Assembly (NCBI GenBank): GCA_002633005.1
Contig: NMRA01000753.1
Location: forward strand, 1-64,000
Length of the DNA stretch: 64,000 bases
Source of the DNA: Phoronis australis
Lineage: Eukaryota > Animalia > Phoronida
Reading direction: 5' to 3'
Below, one piece after another: positions 1 through 64,000 of this stretch (its first letter is position 1; every line of letters starts with the position of its first letter). Below the pieces are notes generated by a model. That model was not told the DNA's origin, did not search any database, and saw nothing but the letters and a program-made list of their open reading frames with translations. A program made the translations under genes and the position numbers.

Positions 1-1122
1 ATTTGTTATAATAGTGTGCTTGTTTGTGTTGTTGACGCTTCAGGTCGCGATCTGTGTGCTTCTGACTAACTACTTCAGGTTTGAGTAATGAAGTGGCTGT
101 AGGCAGCAATGTTTTGGTCCTTCTACTCATCAAGCGTTGTGCGGGACTAGATAACAAGGTTATGTTTTGGACTCTGCAAGTTTAATGAAAACCACGAACA
201 TAACAATATCTCTGGCCGATTGAACTGGTGTGTTATTCATACTATGTGAATAGAGGATAGCAATGTAAACAAAAATCAGCGACAGTAGAAAAATGCACAC
301 CAACGCACAGCTTTCCGATTCACGTCTCTTGAACCTGTTCCAATTAAGCACCCGATTTGTCTGTACAACAGACCACAAACTATATCCACATTACTTTACA
401 CTTCCTCCATCGGTCATTCCAGGTTTTTACGTAAAGCGCTACCTGTTGACAATTCGACTAGCCAATCAGAAACGCCGTTGTAAAAAAAATTCCCGAGGAA
501 AAATTAAATGATACTTGCCTGTTCTCTTTCCCCGGGCCAAGCGGAAACGCAGAAAAATAGCGAGCTCTTTTTAGCGAGGTCCTAGCGTTCCTGAACCCCA
601 TCCAGGTGATAGACGTTCAGCACCACCTATAGGTCTCATGATAACTGATGTGCAGTGAGATGTGCTGATGGCTTACGGGAAAAGCCAAACCTCTTGAAAT
701 CATGTCCAATACATATCTCACTGTCAAGAAGAATCCTCGGATGCATAGTCAATGGGAAAATTTCGATCCCAGCCGAGGTCAATAAGCTAAAATAAATTAG
801 TGAACTTCAATAATCAAACAATGGGGGGTAGGCCCTAATTTTAAATTAACTAACCATTACCTATAGCAGTGAATTTCTTTCTACCGAATGAGAGTCGGCA
901 TCAAGTGAAAGTCGCTTTCACGCTTTCATTACTCTAGAGTGCGCCAAAATGAAAAATCGCTATTATACCGCATCACTAACTCAATACAGAAGCTGGGCCC
1001 GAACCGGTTATGACGATAAATCTATTTTAAGTATATCTTCTCGACAGTTAACGATAACACTAACAGTTAACTGTTGGTTATTGTGCGAGCAAGTATCACT
1101 ACGGTCGGAAATCTGATAGGGC

Positions 1123-29671
<28,549 letters not shown>

Positions 29672-31835
29672 CGACGACATTGATAGGTCACATGACTGAA
29701 GTAGCAGCAGAGTTCCAATATAATTGAGTCATCTTCGTTTCCACAATGGGTTCTAGTCTACACAAAATGAATATTTCTGTTTATTGTAATGTCTTCGTTT
29801 TGTTCATGTTACACGTATGATGATGGCAATTAAGTGTTGTTTGTTTACTTGTATTTTCAAACTCATGCGAGACGAACCTGTTAGCCAAATTTATTCACCT
29901 CAAATGCCCTTCCGTGCACACAGAGTACTTTAAAGGAACAAACCTCCGTGTTAAGCAGTAGCAGCACTAAAATTCCACCCATGTCCAAGAAATATCTTCG
30001 GAATTTTTAAAATTCCTGAGTTCATTCCACGCCGTTGAAATCTTTTTGTCCATTCATTTGTGTGGTATATGCATACCAATCGGAGTGCAGAATGTGGTTA
30101 CAGGACGTATATAAATGTCTGCCGCATGTGCCTTTTAAAAGACAACTTCCTTTGATATTTTTATGCCCACACAAGAATGCGAGCGTAGTTGGAATTCAAT
30201 GCAAAATGATGAGGTGTCAGTGGACATCGTGTTGATCTGACAAATCCTGATCGATTGTCTGGAGAAGTTCTATTTATGAAACCGGCAAATCCTAAGAATT
30301 GTCGGGGAAAACGCCTTCGGTCAAAGCCCCGCTAACTCCCTAAACCGTGGTGGCTCTCTCATAAGGCAAGTACACTGTATTCAAATATCACTGGTGAATA
30401 CTCCGTCAACTGATGATGGAGAATTACAAACAAACACGAAAGGTTTAAACTCAAATGAGAAATCTAGGCCTTTTCACCGGGAGGAGACAATTCCATGAAC
30501 GCACCTCTAAATTACATCTTCGATCCCATAAACTGACCACCAAACACCGATGCAAATTTTCTACCCGCACCCCTGAACTCCTAACGTTCACCGAAAATAC
30601 ATATTGCCTGATGATTAGCATAGAGACCAAACTGTTGTCCTCAGTGCACTCATGGCTCCAGGGTATGTAGTTTGCTAGAGATGCAGTTACCATGCTGTAG
30701 ACATTAGTGATTTTTTACTAATACAACTTACCAAACAACATAACTGAGCGGTAAGATGGCTTTAAATTCAACTCGACGTTTATCAAAACTTGCTGCCGGT
30801 TGAATTTGTTTTGTTGGAACTCATTATAATCGAAATCCCAAGTTGACATTGCAGTCGACTCGAATGTACTAACCGATTTCGGAGTGCTTCGGACCACTAC
30901 ATTCTTGACCACTATTGGGCTGACGTAATGTTGACAACTGTATATGTCTTGTGAATATTTTCAATTTTTGCGATCTTCAGTCAAAGTGGAGCCTTTTCTA
31001 ACGTATTATCCTTGTCCATGTAATCCAGTCGGGTTGTTTCGCGCTTCCCACGGTCTATATGACACTCACAGGGTTTGTTGCTAATAGCCAAGACAGTGGC
31101 CGGTTGCACAGAGAGGATTGCACAAGAAGAGAAGGAATCAATGTTTAGGACTGAATTTGGTAAAAATGAAACTGTGAGCTTACACAAAATGCCGCAATAA
31201 ACGTAGAAATCAGTGTATTGTTTTATAAGCATAGCTCCATCTACCAAACAACTATTTGCACATGTAAATCCAATAGTTTATCATAACACCAACAATTAAC
31301 GAACCGGGCTCTTTGAGCAATAGAAATGGTTACCATCAGCGCTCACTTGCTGGCGCTAATGTCTAACTGTACACACGAACAGGTATTGGCGTTGGACCCT
31401 AACACACGAAAAACCGTTAGCAGCGAAGAATTTTCTGTTTTTACTCTATCCAAATAACTAAGAAAGAACTCATTATTCATTTAGCACCAAGTAGTGAATA
31501 TTGAGTCTCCCATTGTTAGAAAAAGCTCACTGAAACCAGCACACACACTCCCTGTCAAGGCTTATATCTACAAAGAAGGCGGAATAACTAGGTGACTTCT
31601 GAGTCTGGAAGAACATGATTAGGTAATAAAGCAGCAAATTTTACACGTGACCTTTTTAACGAGTGGAAAGTCAAAAGCGTTGATCGCTTTCCTTCAGGAT
31701 CGCCACATTTCCTGTGAAGTCGTGAATGAAAATTGGAGCCAGAATTGTATTTAATATGCTTTTGAAGAAATATAGTCCGTCCCAAATATTACGTACAAGA
31801 ACTTGTTGCTTCGGACTTGGGTACAGTGGCATGCT

Positions 31836-59690
<27,855 letters not shown>

Positions 59691-59729
59691 TTTGTTTAGA
59701 TCAAAGTGAACTGCTAATCAACAGCGGAC

Positions 59730-59815
59730 TAGAGCTGATAAAGTTCACCAAAACTGTGATATTTATAATCCAAGAAGGGTAACAAGTGGTAATAAAACCG
59801 CACTGTTTATTGCAG
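59730..59815 (-). promoter_or_regulatory. Candidate core promoter of gene B (TATA box, paired CDX-like sites, GATA site)
   Basis: Minus strand TATAAAT at 59767-59761, about 70 nt upstream of the ATG; TGCAATAAAC-AGTGCG-GTTTTATTAC at 59814-59789; TGATAA at 59736-59741. Motif-only evidence; a non-coding upstream exon cannot be excluded. Confidence 0.4.
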
Positions 59816-60276
59816 TTAAAATAAGTTGTGACTAATTTCTCAGATTGTGAGTGACAGTTTGAAACTAAGATGCACTTTTGTAAAGTTACTGTATATTAAT
59901 GTTAAATTTGGATTTGGTTAACACGTGTTCTTGATGAAGGAATCTTTGGGGATTATTCAGTTGTACCGTGACCTATATTTCGGGAAGCATAAATTTGAAC
60001 ACGCCCACGCAACGTCACTCTAAGGTCCGAATTTTTGATAATTTCGAATCGGGAACCACAAATATCGTGATTTTTCTATTACTCTCTATTTCATACCACT
60101 TGGAGAAATGTAAATACGTAAAACAGAAAGTAGGAGTCTCATCAGTATGATAATACGTAGAAAGTACGCAAGTGGTGATTTTTAATACATTTTATGAAAA
60201 ACTAAACACATTTTTATTGTGGAATCACCATTTAAAGAAATTCTATTTTAGTAACGAGCAGAGTTGGTTATTTTAA

Positions 60277-60820
60277 AGAGGCCAGTGGAACACGATAAAC
60301 AGACTAAATTTCAAAATTGAAAGTGGTTCTCTGCCACTAAAACAAAATTCAACCTGCTCACCAAATATTTTTTTGGGTTTGTTCGTAAAGATTTTAAATT
60401 TCTGTTGATATCAAAGTACTTTCTTTTATTGTCAAATTTCAAGAAAATGATCTGTTATCTACTCGCCACGTCGCCGATTTTTCTCCCACAAGGCAAAGCA
60501 CGTCTCCTTATTTGGTTTGGCAAGACCGGACGTAGCACATTTCCCTTAAATGGAAAATTTGACGTTTGACTTCAAGCTACTTCAAGCAACTGACTGTGAG
60601 CGCATGCATGCATTTATCATAAGTGGAGGGAGCTCAGAAACTCTGTAGAATCTACAGTTTTTCCTTCGGGTGTATTTAAAAATCATGAATTTTGTGATTT
60701 TCTCTGGAAATTTCCTCACAGCGGAAAGTGAATTACTCTGTACTAGACGTTGCGAGATGGTACTTTTGTCATTAATTGTTTAAAAGATATATTTGACGAG
60801 CTTTCGCGTTCCATGCCTCT
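60277..60820 (+). mobile_element. TTAA-flanked Kolobok-type MITE, copy 3 of 3
   Basis: Collinear with 55154-55666; same TIRs and TTAA flanks. Confidence 0.85.
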
Positions 60821-62338
60821 TTAAGACAAAGTTAAAACCAAATAGACTGAAGAAAACTAAAAATGTCAAATTTCTAGTTTTTAGTTCCACTAAAATTTCT
60901 TTTAATCAGATACACTAAATATTTTAAACAGCGACTGTGCGCTTTCCACTAATAGGCCTGATAAAGTGAGGAAATCTCGTTCTCGTTCTTAGGACAATAG
61001 GATTAGTGCCAATCCAAATAGCCTTATTGTTTCAGTACCGACTAACATATTGAGTGATCAAGTATGACAACTTCAGGAAGTAAATACGTGATAACAAGTT
61101 TATCAGTAGTCTTCCTGGGTAGATGGTGGAATGTTTAGTAATTGTCCTCTTTTACAACCCCATCTCCCACATGAAACAGGCATCGTAGGTTAATGTTCTC
61201 GTGTGGACCCACTACATTGGCCGTTCGAAAGTATAGTGCGCCTTTCGGTCGAAAGATGTCGCGGTATTTTACACTACCGGTTATCTGTTAGCACTATTTT
61301 CATAAACACCAGTGTGTGTTCATTGCACACGTTTTCAAGCGGGCTCTGAAATCTGTAGAGCTGTCACCGAAGATTTTTGACACTGGCGAAACACACGCAT
61401 CCCTCGAGCACACACTGCGCAGGTCAGACCAGGGACACGAATGCTGAAAGGCAGGTCCAAAAGAACGCCAAAGGGCATTCTTGATCACACCACTTGAGAA
61501 GTTAATTTACACGCACCTGATTTTTGTAGGGAATTTTATCTTTATTTCATACACTGCGATTTCTTCGAGTGCCACATGTGTGATTTATGTTTTGGTGAAG
61601 CGGGGGTTTAACTTGTTACGAAACTTTGTTGAAATTGGATAACAAACAGTGCGGGAGACAGGTTGTTAGCATAGTAAGGCACAAACGTGCAGTGTTAATA
61701 ACGGGTTAATGCAGCATAATTAAGTATTCTTGGCTACGATAATAGCTGGCTGACGGGTCAGGATTGTATAGAAATAACGCCATTGAGAAAGTGTTTGCGC
61801 AGCAAACATATTTGTATCGTGCTGCAGTCTGGTCAACCTCGCACACAGTACGGCTGGGTCGGCAAAAATAATTTGTTTTTTGTTTTGATTTGTTTTCGAA
61901 AGCAGAGTTTTTGCTTATTCGAAGTATCGGTTACCTATGTAAAAGTACCATTTGGAGTTTTGTATATTTTATTGTGAAGGTCCTTGCAAGTACAAGTCAT
62001 TTGACAGGTGAGTACAACAACAACCCATGAAAGAGAAATTCGGGTGTTGGATTTGACAATCTTTATCTAGTTGTATTTTGTGTCCTGTTATTTCTAAAAT
62101 AAGACACTCGCTAGTAGTTCAGTTGTAAAATACTTTTTGTAAAACGTATTCTGTAATCGAAAAGACGAAATTCCACTTAATTTAACAAAGCGACAGAAAA
62201 TGTGAAATGGAACTCTGGCCACAATGACGGGAATCCCAACTTCGATAGGAGGCAGAGACACAGATCCAGCGCAGAACAAAGATTGCATATAGCAAGAAAC
62301 GGTAGTGCAGGTCTTCACTAAACTAACTGCCAGTATGT

Positions 62339-62790
62339 CCAGGGGGTACTCGACCATTTAGTTTTTACGGGGGATGAGGTTGCAACTTGAGAATAAGGGT
62401 ACCCATCCCCCATCGAGACTTGAGTCGAAAAAAGGTTTCTATTTATAGAGAGCTTCCATGAAAAAGTCACCCACCTTGTTTAAAACGCCTCCCGATTGTA
62501 GGCGTTAATTCCTTGAACTTGAACCTTTCATGGCTATTGGTAAACTGCTGCGTTTTCAAGACAATCATCAAGAAATAAGATACACATTTTGTCAAGAATG
62601 AGAAGAGGTCTACATCATTAAAATATAGATAGTAGTGTACACCCTTCTGTAACTTGGTGTCGTTTAAAAAGGGAATCATTTTCAGGGAATTGTGTCACAA
62701 AAGACAACCTTTCTAAGGGGTAGTGGTCGTGAAAAAACAGCCATTCTGAGCGGCACCTCTCATTTACATATTGAGAGTATCCGCCCGGGG
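62339..62790. mobile_element. Probable MITE with CCAGGGGGTACTC..GAGTATCCGCCCGGGG termini
   Basis: Imperfect TIR; flanks CAGTATGT/CTGCATGT could be a decayed 8-bp TSD. Confidence 0.5.
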
Positions 62791-63609
62791 CTGCATGTCA
62801 AACAATATGTGGGAAGGTGAAGGATCTGTGCTGCAACATTCCCTATAACGCGATGATTATACATGCATTATAATATCTACTTCACATGTAATCGTCAACA
62901 TGTCCATTATTACATCTTTCTCCAAGGCTAATTCACTATTGTTTAGTAGTGAGTTGGTAAGATTCTGTAGTCACTAGTCCTTCTCAATCTTTGCTATTTA
63001 TTAACTCTGTCAATGAACGAACCTTGACTCGTGCGTTTAGGATTAACAATAATCATAGTTGTTCAATATATCTGTATGAATTCGGATTTTCGTTTCATAA
63101 ACCACATATTTTTAAGACCCTTGATGATAAAATAAACATGTTATGTGCAAGAAGTTAATGGCTGGGTGTTTACATTTTTTTTAAACTGAATGTGTGATTT
63201 TTCACGGAAATCGCTACAACTACGGCAAACGAGAAGTTCATTTTGCTCACGAAATTTGCACTTAGTTTCAATTTATTTTATGAGCTACAAAGGCGTGTTT
63301 GCATGGGATTCTCTGTCAATTACAGCCTTTAACCCTGAGGGGTGGTTGTAAAATTCGAGCATTCGAAGACTTTCACAGGTCGACATGTTCATTTTAATTA
63401 CATAATTCTCTGGGTGAAACAGTATTGCTAATACCAAACTTTTGTAACTAGTACAATGCAAAAATACTAGTCTCGCATGAAAAACGTACGTCTGTGAAAG
63501 CAAAAATTCACATTTTTTGTAAACCTCAATTCCTAGGCTACAAAAAGCCGCTTGCTATTTTACTGCTGCACGTTTTCGTGATCAGTAAAGATTTCTTTAG
63601 TACAGGCTA

Positions 63610-63835
63610 AGAAAACTGACTTACCTAAGACGAATCTTAAATTCCAATCAGTTTTAAGATAAAACTTTAATTTTTCTCAACCCCGTTTCAAGAAAAATAA
63701 CTTGAATTTGATATAAGTTTTTTACTTAAAATTTGTCTTAATTTTGACTAACTTAACAGATGTGGAAGTTTCAAAAATTGGAAGTTGACACAATATTAGA
63801 CTTAAGTTAAAAATGAGCAGATGTTAGTTTCTTGG
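63610..63835. mobile_element. Decayed copy of the Harbinger-like MITE family at 26410-26657
   Basis: Reverse-complement match (TTTGTCTTA..TTTTGACTA..TGTGGAAGTTTCAAA..TTGGAAGTT..AAAAATGA..GTTTCTTGG). Confidence 0.6.
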
Positions 63836-64000
63836 GCTATTATTGAAATCAGTAGTATTTGAAAATATTCTTGTTGACAAAGGCAAGTATTGTCCATAAC
63901 TACTGAATCGGTCAAATCATGGAGTGTTTCTCTACAAATCGTGTAATTCCACACTTACGTGACTCCAAGTGCAAACAATGGTGTTCAAAAGTAGCCGCTC

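Noticed and set aside
1-800. Possible exon of an upstream gene (AG at 77-78, GT at 159-160)
   Set aside because: The short peptide has no recognisable similarity, and the splice-like dinucleotides may be chance.
29900-31300. Series of minus-strand ORFs between the two genes as a third gene or pseudogene
   Set aside because: No recognisable motif or coherent splice pattern by eye; a translated search would be needed to exclude a decayed element.

Overview
Eukaryotic, intron-rich, AT-rich window, most likely from an invertebrate animal; the species cannot be determined from the sequence. It is dominated by two intact paralogous glycoside hydrolase family 31 alpha-glucosidase genes (single-domain, type II membrane-anchored, sucrase-isomaltase/maltase-glucoamylase/GAA-like) arranged tail-to-tail. 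Gene A (+, 1123-29671) has 23 coding exons and about 927 aa; gene B (-, 59690-31836) has 23 coding exons and about 934 aa. Both were spliced by hand, share all intron positions and phases, and keep the catalytic WIDMNE and HWLGDN motifs. Gene A has one GC-AG intron and several unusual substitutions around the aglycone (+1) subsite. The introns hold many decayed mobile elements: a HECT-like plus integrase-like two-ORF remnant, a HERO-type RLE non-LTR retrotransposon, a Gypsy gag/protease fragment, a Penelope-like fragment with two inverted minimal hammerhead ribozymes and a 12-bp TSD, tRNA-derived SINEs, an internally deleted Kolobok element, TTAA-flanked MITEs, CA..TG MITEs with 5-bp TSDs, Harbinger-like MITEs and several minisatellites. 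No CRISPR array, rRNA or intact tRNA gene is supported. All family assignments come from motif recognition by eye, not database searches.
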